Under the pieces are notes generated by a model that did not search any database, was not told the DNA's origin, and saw nothing but the letters and a program-made list of their open reading frames with translations. DNA of 64,000 bases, from the NCBI GenBank assembly GCA_949293555.1, contig CASFDV010000001.1, positions 238,605 to 302,604 of the forward strand, written 5' to 3'. Of this stretch, positions 8,426-16,176 are shown piece after piece. Position numbers and translations under genes: made by a program. The stretch is from an uncultured Bacillota bacterium. GTDB taxonomy: Bacteria; Bacillota_I; Bacilli_A; RFN20; CAG-826. The first letter of the stretch is position 1. The number at the start of each line of letters is the position of its first letter.

Positions 8426-8799
8426 TGTGAATTTCCTTTTCCTCTAATAGCCGGCGCGATTATAGCCAAGCGAATCAGCCTTTTGTTTATAAAGTACGAG
8501 TAGTTAAACGTTTTCAAATCCCGGGACGAGAAGCCAATGGCCCGGAGGAGACTTATGCACAAAACGAAAAGGCTCGGCATGGTGTGGTTTTCATAAACGA
8601 AGAGGATTCGGAATTCGTTATGCACTACTAAAACTAGCGCATTTATAAATTTTCTAGAAACAGTTACTTCAATACCAATTCAAATGTACGAGTCGGGTTT
8701 TCCGGTCCTCTAATTTCAGGGATATCGGTAAACCGGTATTCCCGGTGGAAAACTATTTCTATACACCGTAACAAAATCCCTCAAGTCCCTGTTGACTAG

Positions 8800-9023
8800 G
8801 AGTCGGCCTTGGCTTGGTGGTCAAATCCTTCGCATGCGCCTAAAGACTTCCTTTGAAAATTCTCTGAAAAACGGGAAGACAATAACCCCATTGCAAATGT
8901 TGAGCGTGGGGCATGACAAACGGCTTCCCTTGTCAGATAGTTGCGCAGCACGGAATGCGAGAAGGGCGCCCTCGGGACCTTGCCGTCCCTAGGGTTTGAA
9001 GCCCCTCCCAAAGGAGATTGCCC
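8800..9023 (+). promoter_or_regulatory. Long, potentially structured 5' leader of nrdD (unclassified)
   Basis: Nested helices: GGGAAG(8873-8878)/CTTCCC(8924-8929) enclosing CCCCA(8886-8890)/TGGGG(8907-8911). A hairpin forms at GGGAC(8974-8978)/GTCCC(8985-8989). A weak anti-SD pairing is CTCC(9005-9008)/GGAG(9013-9016). It matches no riboswitch class I recognise. Confidence 0.25.
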
Positions 9024-11426
9024 ATGAGAGTCCAGAAGAGAAACGGTTCCATCGTCGAGTTCGACATCAAGAAGATCGAGTGGGCCATCGAAAGGGCCCT
9101 CGTCGCGGAGCACATGACGCCCGACAAGAGCGTGATCGAGCTGATTGCCCTGAGGGCGACGAGCCATTTCGGCGACAAGGTGAAGGACGGGATCATCGGC
9201 GTGGAGGACATCCAGGACAGCGTCGAGATCGCCCTCATCGAGACCGGCTACGTCGACGTGGCCCGCTCCTACATGGGCTACCGCCGGCAGCACGAGGAGC
9301 TCCGCGAGATGCGGAACACCGAGCTCAACTACGCCTCGGTCGTCGACAACTACCTCAAGATCAACGACTGGCGCGTGAAGGAGAACAGCACCGTCACCTA
9401 CTCCGTCGGCGGCCTCATTCTCTCTAACTCCGGCGCCGTCACCGCGAACTACTGGCTCTCCCAGGTCTACGACAAGGAGATCGCCGAGGCCCACCGCTCC
9501 GCGGCCATGCACATCCACGACCTTTCCATGCTCACCGGCTACTGCGCCGGCTGGAGCCTGAAGCAGCTCATCCAGCAAGGCCTCGGAGGCGTCCCGGGCA
9601 AGATCACCTCCTCCCCGGCCAACCACCTCATGACCCTCTGCAACCAGATGGTCAACTTCCTCGGCATCATGCAGAACGAATGGGCCGGGGCCCAGGCCTT
9701 CTCGAGCTTCGACACCTACCTCGCCCCTTTCGTCAAGGTCGATAACCTCACCTACAAGGAAGTGAAGCAGTGCATCCAGAGCTTCATCTACGGGGTCAAC
9801 ACCCCGTCCCGCTGGGGCACCCAGGCCCCCTTCACGAACGTCACCCTCGACTGGACCGTCCCCGACGACATGGCGGAGCTCAACTGCATCGTCGGCGGGA
9901 AGGAGATGCCCTTCAAGTACAAGGACTGCGTCCAGGAGATGGCGATGGTGAACAAGGCGTTCATCGAGGTCATGATCGAGGGCGACGCGAACGGGAGGGG
10001 CTTCCAGTACCCGATCCCGACCTACTCCATCACCAAGGACTTCGACTGGTCGGAGAACGAGAACAACCGGCTTCTCTTCACCATGACCGCCAAGTACGGG
10101 ACGCCCTACTTCAGCAACTACATCAACAGCGACATGAAGCCGAGCGACGTCCGTTCGATGTGCTGCCGCCTGAGGCTCGACCTCCGCGAGCTCCGCAAGA
10201 AGTCAGGCGGCTACTTCGGATCGGGAGAGTCCACCGGCTCCATCGGCGTGGTCACCCTCAACATGCCGCGCCTGGCCTACCTCGCGGAGAACCGCGAGGA
10301 CTTCTACCAACGCCTCGACCACCTCATGGATGTCGCCGCCCGCTCGCTCCACGCCAAGCGCGAGTTCGTCACCGCCCTTCTCGACGCCGGCCTCTACCCC
10401 TACACGAAGCACTACCTCGGCACCTTCGCGAACCACTTCTCGACGATCGGGCTCGTGGGCATGAACGAGGCCTGCCTCAACGCCCGCTGGCTGAGGAAGG
10501 ATCTCACCGACAAGGAGGCCCAGGAATTCACCGTCGAGGTGCTGAACCACATGAGGGACCGTCTCTCCGGATACCAGGAGAGGTATGCCGGCGAGCTTTT
10601 CAACCTCGAGGCCACCCCTGCGGAGAGCACCGCCTACCGCCTCGCCAAGCACGACAAGGAGCGCTATCCCGACATCGTCACCGCCAACGAAGGCGGGACC
10701 CCCTACTACACGAACAGCTCCCACCTCCCCGTCGGCTTCACCTCGGACATCTTCCAGGCGCTCGACATCGAGGACCGCTTCCAGACGCTCTACACCTCCG
10801 GGACCGTCTTCCACGCCTTCCTCGGGCAGAGGCTCCCGGACTGGGAGAGCTGCATGAAGCTCGTCCGCACGATCGCGGAAAACTACAAGCTTCCCTACTA
10901 CACCATGTCCCCCACCTACTCCGTCTGCCAGGACCACGGCTACCTCCAGGGCGAGCAGTGGAAGTGCCCCTACTGCGGCAAGGAGGCGGAGGTCTATAGC
11001 CGCATCACCGGCTACTACCGGCCGGTCAAGAACTGGAACGCCGGGAAGGCCCAGGAATTCCGCGACCGCCAGACCTACGCCGTCCGCAAGGGCTGCACGG
11101 ACGACAAGAACATGGAGGGACACGGCATCCATGCCTGCGAACTCCATGGGGCGAAGGAGACCGGGGCCGAGCTGACGGGCATGCCGGAGGGACCGATCCT
11201 CTTCACCTCCCCCACCTGCCCGAACTGCCAGATGGCCAAGATGATCCTCGACCGCGGGGGCATCCGCTACACGGCGCTGGACGCCGCCTCCCACAAGGAC
11301 CTTGTGGAAATGGCGCACGTCAAGAACGCGCCCACCCTCCTCGTCCCGACCGAAGACGGCTACGAGATGTTCGACAACGCCAGCAAGATCCGCGGCTACG
11401 TCGACTCCGTCAAGCATGCGGCCTAG
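9024..11426 (+). CDS. nrdD: Anaerobic ribonucleoside-triphosphate reductase (class III) fused to a C-terminal glutaredoxin/NrdH-like CPNC thioredoxin-fold domain
   Basis: Glycyl-radical motif SRITGYYRPV and Zn-ribbon CQDHG..CPYCG. The same ORF then continues 132 aa past the Gly motif into ILFTSPTCPNCQMAKMILD...APTLLVP (nt ~11190-11423). The start was trimmed to ATG 9024, with AAGGAG 7 nt upstream; the track start at 9018 is TTG. Confidence 0.93.
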   Translation: MRVQKRNGSIVEFDIKKIEWAIERALVAEHMTPDKSVIELIALRATSHFGDKVKDGIIGVEDIQDSVEIALIETGYVDVARSYMGYRRQHEELREMRNTELNYASVVDNYLKINDWRVKENSTVTYSVGGLILSNSGAVTANYWLSQVYDKEIAEAHRSAAMHIHDLSMLTGYCAGWSLKQLIQQGLGGVPGKITSSPANHLMTLCNQMVNFLGIMQNEWAGAQAFSSFDTYLAPFVKVDNLTYKEVKQCIQSFIYGVNTPSRWGTQAPFTNVTLDWTVPDDMAELNCIVGGKEMPFKYKDCVQEMAMVNKAFIEVMIEGDANGRGFQYPIPTYSITKDFDWSENENNRLLFTMTAKYGTPYFSNYINSDMKPSDVRSMCCRLRLDLRELRKKSGGYFGSGESTGSIGVVTLNMPRLAYLAENREDFYQRLDHLMDVAARSLHAKREFVTALLDAGLYPYTKHYLGTFANHFSTIGLVGMNEACLNARWLRKDLTDKEAQEFTVEVLNHMRDRLSGYQERYAGELFNLEATPAESTAYRLAKHDKERYPDIVTANEGGTPYYTNSSHLPVGFTSDIFQALDIEDRFQTLYTSGTVFHAFLGQRLPDWESCMKLVRTIAENYKLPYYTMSPTYSVCQDHGYLQGEQWKCPYCGKEAEVYSRITGYYRPVKNWNAGKAQEFRDRQTYAVRKGCTDDKNMEGHGIHACELHGAKETGAELTGMPEGPILFTSPTCPNCQMAKMILDRGGIRYTALDAASHKDLVEMAHVKNAPTLLVPTEDGYEMFDNASKIRGYVDSVKHAA

Positions 11427-12339
11427 GAAGATCGTCGTCATCGGGGGCGGCCCAGCCGCCCTTTCTTCGGCTATATACGGCCTAAGGGCAGGCCATAAGG
11501 TCACCATCGTGGAGAGGGAGTCCATCGGAGGCCAGATCGCCACCTCCCCGCTTGTAGAAAACTACCCTGCATTCCCAAAAGGAAGCGGACTTGAGCTCAG
11601 CAACGCGATGTTCGAGCAAGCCATGTCCCTCGGCGCCGAGATGGAGCCTGACGAGGCACTGTCCGTCGAAAAGAGGGAAAGCGGGTTCCTCGTCCATTGC
11701 CAATATAGCGACGTCAAAGCCGACGCGATCATCCTGGCGACAGGAGCGAAACATCGCGAGCTAGGAATCCCCGGGGAAAAAGAAAACGTCGGCAAAGGCG
11801 TCTACTACTGCGCCGTCTGCGACTCCTTCCAGGTAGAGGATAAGAGAGCGCTCGTCATCGGCGACGGCAACTCCGCCGTCCAATACGCGATCTATCTTGC
11901 AAAAACAGCAAAAGAGGTCGGGATTTGCACACTTTTTGATAAGTTCTTCGCAGAAAAAGGGCTTGTCGACACCCTCCAGGGCCTTCCGAACGTGCGCATC
12001 CGTCACGGAATCGCGTCGAAATCTATCGAAAACCTTGGAAATTCCCTGCGCGTCCTCTTCGAAGGAACGGATTCCCGCGACATGCTAGCGCTGGAATGCG
12101 AAGGCGTCTTCGTCGCGATCGGCCAGCTCCCGGATAACGAGAGGTTCCAGAACCTTGTCGATCTCGATGAGAAAGGCTACGTCATCGCCGACGAGGGAAT
12201 GGGCACCAGGACGCCCGGGGTCTTCGCGGCCGGGGACTGCAGGAGGAAAGCGGTCCGTCAGGTCGTGACCGCGGTCAACGACGGGGCGATCGCCGCCCTT
12301 TCCGCAGACCGCTACCTATCCTCGCTCCCTCAATCGTAG
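11416..12339 (+). CDS. Low-Mr thioredoxin-disulfide-reductase-like flavoprotein, atypical pyridine-nucleotide site
   Basis: 307 aa from ATG 11416, overlapping nrdD by 11 nt. FAD motif VVIGGGPAALSSAIYG, redox CAVC, second Rossmann VIGDGNSAVQYAIYL. Where E. coli TrxB has HLIHRRDGFRAEK, this protein has GICTLFDKFFAEK. Confidence 0.8.
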   Translation: MRPRKIVVIGGGPAALSSAIYGLRAGHKVTIVERESIGGQIATSPLVENYPAFPKGSGLELSNAMFEQAMSLGAEMEPDEALSVEKRESGFLVHCQYSDVKADAIILATGAKHRELGIPGEKENVGKGVYYCAVCDSFQVEDKRALVIGDGNSAVQYAIYLAKTAKEVGICTLFDKFFAEKGLVDTLQGLPNVRIRHGIASKSIENLGNSLRVLFEGTDSRDMLALECEGVFVAIGQLPDNERFQNLVDLDEKGYVIADEGMGTRTPGVFAAGDCRRKAVRQVVTAVNDGAIAALSADRYLSSLPQS

Positions 12340-13025
12340 CCGCGGAGCGAAGCGGAGCCTACGGAACCGGAAAACAAGGCCAGCCACACGCTGGCCTTTT
12401 CCTTCTCCACCATATGGAAGCCGGAGCGGATGCAGTTCGGGCCGTCGATGTACCTTTGGAGGAAGTAGCGGGGCGCTCCCTTGATCCATCCCGCGATTTC
12501 CTTCATTGCCTCCTCGTCGTGGAACTCCTCGACGATGGTCGTGCGGAACTCGAAGTCCACTTCCCTGGAAAGAAGAAGGGAGACGGACTCCTGGATTGGC
12601 GCGATATCAAGGGATGCGAGCCCTGCCGTCCTCGCGTAGCGGGTAGGAGCGTTCTTGATGTCCATCGCCACGTAGTCAATAAGGCCTGAGGCAAGGACCT
12701 TTCTCAGGACAGCCGGCCTCGAGCCGTTCGTATCGAGCTTCACGAGGTAGCCAAGGGACTTCAGTTCTGCGATCTTCTCCATGAGGTCGGGCATCAAGGT
12801 GGGCTCTCCGCCCGTGATGCAGACCCCTTCGATCATCCCTTTCCTCTTCCGGAAGAAGGAAACGATTTCCTCCCATGGGATGCTGGGGGCGGATGCGGGG
12901 TCGAGGACCAGGGAGGAGTTATGGCACCACGGGCAGCGGAAGTCGCACCCCGCGACAAAAAGGGAGCTGGCGATGTGCTTGTCGTAGTCGAGGAGCGAGA
13001 GCTTTTCGAAACCGGAGAAGTCCAT
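12330..13025 (-). CDS. nrdG: Anaerobic RNR activating protein (radical SAM)
   Basis: 231 aa with CDFRCPWCHN (CX3CX2C) near the N-terminus. Convergent with the TrxR-like gene; their 3' ends overlap by 10 nt. Confidence 0.88.
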   Translation of the reverse strand: MDFSGFEKLSLLDYDKHIASSLFVAGCDFRCPWCHNSSLVLDPASAPSIPWEEIVSFFRKRKGMIEGVCITGGEPTLMPDLMEKIAELKSLGYLVKLDTNGSRPAVLRKVLASGLIDYVAMDIKNAPTRYARTAGLASLDIAPIQESVSLLLSREVDFEFRTTIVEEFHDEEAMKEIAGWIKGAPRYFLQRYIDGPNCIRSGFHMVEKEKASVWLALFSGSVGSASLRGYD

Positions 13026-13031
13026 GCGCCG

Positions 13032-13037
13032 ATTCTA
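13032..13037 (-). promoter_or_regulatory. -10 box TAGAAT, 6 nt upstream of nrdG ATG (leaderless-type)
   Basis: The minus strand reads TAGAAT-CGGCGC-ATG. Confidence 0.4.
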
Positions 13038-13049
13038 ATCCCCTGGGCA

Positions 13050-13075
13050 AGAAAAGGCGTCCCGGATGGGACGCC
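13050..13075 (-). terminator. Intrinsic terminator downstream of tRNA-Ala
   Basis: The minus strand reads GGCGTCCC-atcc-GGGACGCC followed by TTTTCTT. Confidence 0.65.
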
Positions 13076-13086
13076 TGCCAATGCGA

Positions 13087-13162
13087 TGGTGGAGCTGACG
13101 GGACTCGAACCCGCGACCTCATCGATGCGAACGACGTGCTCTACCAGCTGAGCCACAGCCCC
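13087..13162 (-). tRNA. tRNA-Ala (anticodon CGC), CCA encoded
   Basis: Reverse complement: GGGGCTGTGGCTCAGCTGGTAGAGCACGTCGTTCGCATCGATGAGGTCGCGGGTTCGAGTCCCGTCAGCTCCACCA. It folds as a cloverleaf with the G3:U70 Ala identity pair, anticodon loop TTCGCAT and T-loop GGTTCGAGTCC. Confidence 0.95.
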
Positions 13163-13176
13163 GCAAGGCAACGCGG

Positions 13177-13182
13177 ATTATA
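13177..13182 (-). promoter_or_regulatory. -10 box TATAAT, 14 nt upstream of the mature tRNA-Ala 5' end
   Basis: The minus strand reads CTCCTATAATCCGCGTTGCCTTGC then GGGG (tRNA). Confidence 0.45.
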
Positions 13183-13207
13183 GGAGCGGCGCCCAAGCGA
13201 TGCAAGG

Positions 13208-14497
13208 CTATTCCGCGCCTCCCTCGATGACCTCGGAGGCCGCCTCTTCCTTGGCCCTGTCCCCGCCCTCGATCTCGACGAAGCGGCGGTTGATCTTCCT
13301 TACGGTGATGGAAAGGTCGTCAGTGTCCTTGTCGAGTCCCTTGACCCGTCTCACAAGCGCTTCCCAGCGGCCTCCCAGCCTCTCGAACTCCTTCCCGAGG
13401 AGAACGAGGTTCTTCCTGATTTCCTCGCTTTCCTTGCTCCTCCTCATCTCGCGCTCGTTCCCGTGGATGATGACGATGAGGGCGAGGAGGATGGTGGGGG
13501 AGGCGAAGAGGACGCCCCGGGAGCGGAACTCGTCCACGAGATCGGGGAACTCGTTCTCGATCGTCGCGAATATCCCTTCCGAGGGTATGAAGAGGATCGC
13601 CTGCTCCATCGTCCCGGGGAGCCCGACGTACTTGAGGACCTGGCGCGCCTTCTCCCGGACGGCGGACTTGAAGGACTTGAGCGCCTCTTCCTTCCTTGCC
13701 TCATCCTTTTCCGAAAGGTAGCGCTCGTAGGAATCGAAAGGGAACTTGCTGTCGATGGGAAGGCGGACTTCCTCCTCCCCGCGCATAAGGATGATCGAGG
13801 CGTCCGGACGGAGGGGTTCCCCATTGGCGCCCGGGAGCTCCCTCTGGAGCTCGTAATGGCCCGTCGCCCTTCCTTCGGGGAACGCCTTCTCAAGGAGCAT
13901 CTCCAGCTGCAGCTCCCCGTAGCGTCCTCTCGTCTGGTTCCCTTGGAGGACGGCGTTCAGGCTAACCACGTCCTTCTGGAGAGCGTCGAGATGGCGCTGG
14001 GCCTCGTCGATCTTCGCGAGGCGCTCCTGGATGCCTGCCAGGGATTCCTGGTTCCCGCGGAAGCCGTCCCTGAGGGCGAGGTCGACCTTCTCCGAAATCG
14101 CGAGGAGCTTCTTCTCCACCTCTTCCCGCATCTTGTCGCCCGCCTCCTGGACCGCCTTGAGGGAAAGGGAGCCCATCTCGACGCTCTTGGCAAAAAGCGC
14201 CTCCCTTGCCTTGCCCGACTCCTCTTTCTGCTCCCCTTGGAAGCGAAGGAAGGATTCCTGGAGGGAACGGACCTCTTCCCCGAGCCTCTTTTCCTCGCGG
14301 GACAGGGCCTCGCTCATGCGGATCGTCTCCTCCTTGAGCCGGTTTTCCACAAGGAGGGGGATTTCCTCTTTGAGCCGCAGGAGTTCCGGGTTCAGGGAAT
14401 CCGTCCCCTTCTTCCCGGAACGGAAGCGGTCGAAGACGAGGTAGAGAGTCGCAAGAAGCGTCGCTCCCAGGAGAATGAGAATCGCTATGTCCGTCAT
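13208..14497 (-). CDS. rmuC: DNA recombination protein RmuC
   Basis: 429 aa. It has an N-terminal TM segment, a long coiled coil and a C-terminal RmuC nuclease-like block (LRPDASIIL...LPIDSKFPFDSY...ILFIPSEGIF...FASPTILLALI). GGAGG SD. Confidence 0.88.
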   Translation of the reverse strand: MTDIAILILLGATLLATLYLVFDRFRSGKKGTDSLNPELLRLKEEIPLLVENRLKEETIRMSEALSREEKRLGEEVRSLQESFLRFQGEQKEESGKAREALFAKSVEMGSLSLKAVQEAGDKMREEVEKKLLAISEKVDLALRDGFRGNQESLAGIQERLAKIDEAQRHLDALQKDVVSLNAVLQGNQTRGRYGELQLEMLLEKAFPEGRATGHYELQRELPGANGEPLRPDASIILMRGEEEVRLPIDSKFPFDSYERYLSEKDEARKEEALKSFKSAVREKARQVLKYVGLPGTMEQAILFIPSEGIFATIENEFPDLVDEFRSRGVLFASPTILLALIVIIHGNEREMRRSKESEEIRKNLVLLGKEFERLGGRWEALVRRVKGLDKDTDDLSITVRKINRRFVEIEGGDRAKEEAASEVIEGGAE

Positions 14498-14566
14498 ATA
14501 GGCGCCTCCTCTAGGGTTTCCCTGAGGGAGCGAAAGTCAAGACTCCTCTCACAGGACGCCCCCCAA

Positions 14567-14572
14567 TAGGAT
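14567..14572 (+). promoter_or_regulatory. -10-like TAGGAT, 8 nt upstream of ATG 14581 (leaderless-type)
   Basis: AATAGGAT-ATAGGGGC-ATG. No SD. Confidence 0.35.
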
Positions 14573-14580
14573 ATAGGGGC

Positions 14581-15825
14581 ATGGAACGGACAATTGCCGT
14601 AATCGATTTGAAAAGCTTCTATGCATCGGTGGAGTGCGCCTCCCGACATCTCGATATGTTCCGCACCCCGTTGGTGTGCTGCGATCCCAACCGCAGCGAG
14701 AGCTCGGTCGTCATGTCCGTCACCCCCTACCTGAAGAAGCGATACGGCGTCCCCAACGTCTGCCGGAAGCGCGACCTTCCCGACATCCCGGGCCTCATCT
14801 TCGCCCGCCCCAGGATGGAGTACTACCTGAAGGTCGCCGCCGACGTCGTGCGCATCTTCCGGGAGTTCGTCTCCGCGGAGGACATCCATGTCTATTCCGT
14901 CGACGAAAGCTTCCTGAACCTCGGCCCCTACCTCACCCTCTATGGCGTAAGCGCGGAGGAAATCGCCGAGAGGATAAAGAAGCGGATCAAGGAAAGGCTC
15001 GGCCTCACGGCGACCGCCGGCATCGGCGATTCCATGTTCATGGCCAAGTGCGCCCTCGACCAGGAGGGAAAGAAGGCCCCTCCCTACGTGGCGAGGTGGA
15101 CGAAGGAGGACGCGGAAAGGAAGCTTTGGAACATCCCCTCCCTGGAAAGGATCTGGGGCATCGCGGGAGGCACGAAGGCCCGCCTGGCTCGCCTCGGGAT
15201 CCGCACCCCGAGGGAGCTCGGGGAGGCGGACCGCGATTTCCTCGAGGAAGAGCTCGGGGTCATGGGCGCCCAGCTGAGCGACCTCATGCAAGGCATCGAC
15301 GAGAGCGACATGCGCTCCCCCTACGTCCCCCGCGAGCACAGCCTCCACATCGGCCAGACGCTCATCAGGGACTACCGGAAGGAGGAGTGCCGCCTCCTCT
15401 TCCTCGAGATGGGGGACGACCTCAGGCGGAGGCTCCGGAAGGAAGGGATGCTCGCCGGGAAGGTCCAGCTAGGCGTCTCCTTCGGAGCGATGGGAGGAGG
15501 CTATGCGAAGGAGGCGGCCTTCAGCTACCCGACCGGCGACCGCTGCCTCATCGAGGAACTCACGCTCTCCCTTTTCTCCGGAATCCCGGAAGGATTGCCC
15601 ATACGGCAGCTCCACCTTGCCTACGGGTCCCTGTCTCCTGACGAGGGAGAGCAGGGCCTCCTTTCCTTCAGCCTGGAGGAAGTCGAGAAACGAAGGAGTC
15701 TCGACCGCTCGATGGACAGAATCGCGGACCGCTTCGGCGAAAGCGCGCTGCTCCGCTGCTCCTCGCTCCTTCGCCACTCCACCGCGAGGACGCGCCATGG
15801 CCAGGTCGGAGGCCACAGGCGATGA
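14581..15825 (+). CDS. Y-family (UmuC/UvrX/YqjW-like) translesion DNA polymerase
   Basis: 414 aa. IAVIDLKSFYASVEC at the N-terminus and SVDESFLNL (catalytic acidic motif). Confidence 0.85.
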   Translation: MERTIAVIDLKSFYASVECASRHLDMFRTPLVCCDPNRSESSVVMSVTPYLKKRYGVPNVCRKRDLPDIPGLIFARPRMEYYLKVAADVVRIFREFVSAEDIHVYSVDESFLNLGPYLTLYGVSAEEIAERIKKRIKERLGLTATAGIGDSMFMAKCALDQEGKKAPPYVARWTKEDAERKLWNIPSLERIWGIAGGTKARLARLGIRTPRELGEADRDFLEEELGVMGAQLSDLMQGIDESDMRSPYVPREHSLHIGQTLIRDYRKEECRLLFLEMGDDLRRRLRKEGMLAGKVQLGVSFGAMGGGYAKEAAFSYPTGDRCLIEELTLSLFSGIPEGLPIRQLHLAYGSLSPDEGEQGLLSFSLEEVEKRRSLDRSMDRIADRFGESALLRCSSLLRHSTARTRHGQVGGHRR

Positions 15826-16130
15826 AGGACAGAGGGATGATGAAGTGGCTCCCCTACAAGTCGCTCGTCGAGCAGGCCGAGATAAACCGCGCGATGAACG
15901 AAAGGCTCGAGCGAGAGGAAAAGCCTCTCATCTCGAAAGAAAAGGCTGAAGAAATTAACGAATATCTCCTGCAATACTCAGGTCAAATTTCGAAAATCAC
16001 CTATTTCCGCCTGGATCATAGAAGAACTCTGGTCGGCCATATAGAGAAGATAAGCCCCGAAGAAGGGCTACTCGTAGCCGAAGGCATTCGTATCCCCTTC
16101 CCTAACCTCCTGGACATAGAGGACGCATAG
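15822..16130 (+). CDS. YolD-like protein (UmuD-analogous accessory of Firmicute Y-family polymerases)
   Basis: 102 aa with the DRGMMKWLPYKSL motif typical of YolD/YqjX. ATGA overlap with the polymerase gene. Confidence 0.75.
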   Translation: MKDRGMMKWLPYKSLVEQAEINRAMNERLEREEKPLISKEKAEEINEYLLQYSGQISKITYFRLDHRRTLVGHIEKISPEEGLLVAEGIRIPFPNLLDIEDA

Positions 16131-16135
16131 GAAAA

Positions 16136-16154
16136 GAAGCCCGCGAGGGGCTTC
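16136..16154. terminator. Stem-loop between convergent genes
   Basis: GAAGCCC-gcga-(G)GGGCTTC. Confidence 0.45.
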
Positions 16155-16176
16155 CAAGTGATCGCTGAGCGGGATT

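Noticed and set aside
8401-8625. 74-aa minus-strand ORF and the 66-aa plus-strand ORF (8792-8992) in the mscL-nrdD spacer.
   Set aside because: The first overlaps the mscL start region and has no start context. The second starts at a non-ATG codon with no SD and runs through the predicted nrdD leader helices. Neither has a recognisable motif.
8630-8660. Possible NrdR box (ATGCACTACTAAAACTAGCGCAT) upstream of nrdD.
   Set aside because: The half-sites CACTA/TAGCG are separated by 7 nt rather than the 4 nt of the NrdR consensus. There is no second box at the expected ~31-bp phasing, and the site is about 380 nt from the start codon.
12833-13183. ORFs of 67-112 aa overlapping the tRNA-Ala gene on both strands.
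   Set aside because: The region folds into a canonical tRNA with its own promoter and terminator. The ORFs have no SD and no coding signature.
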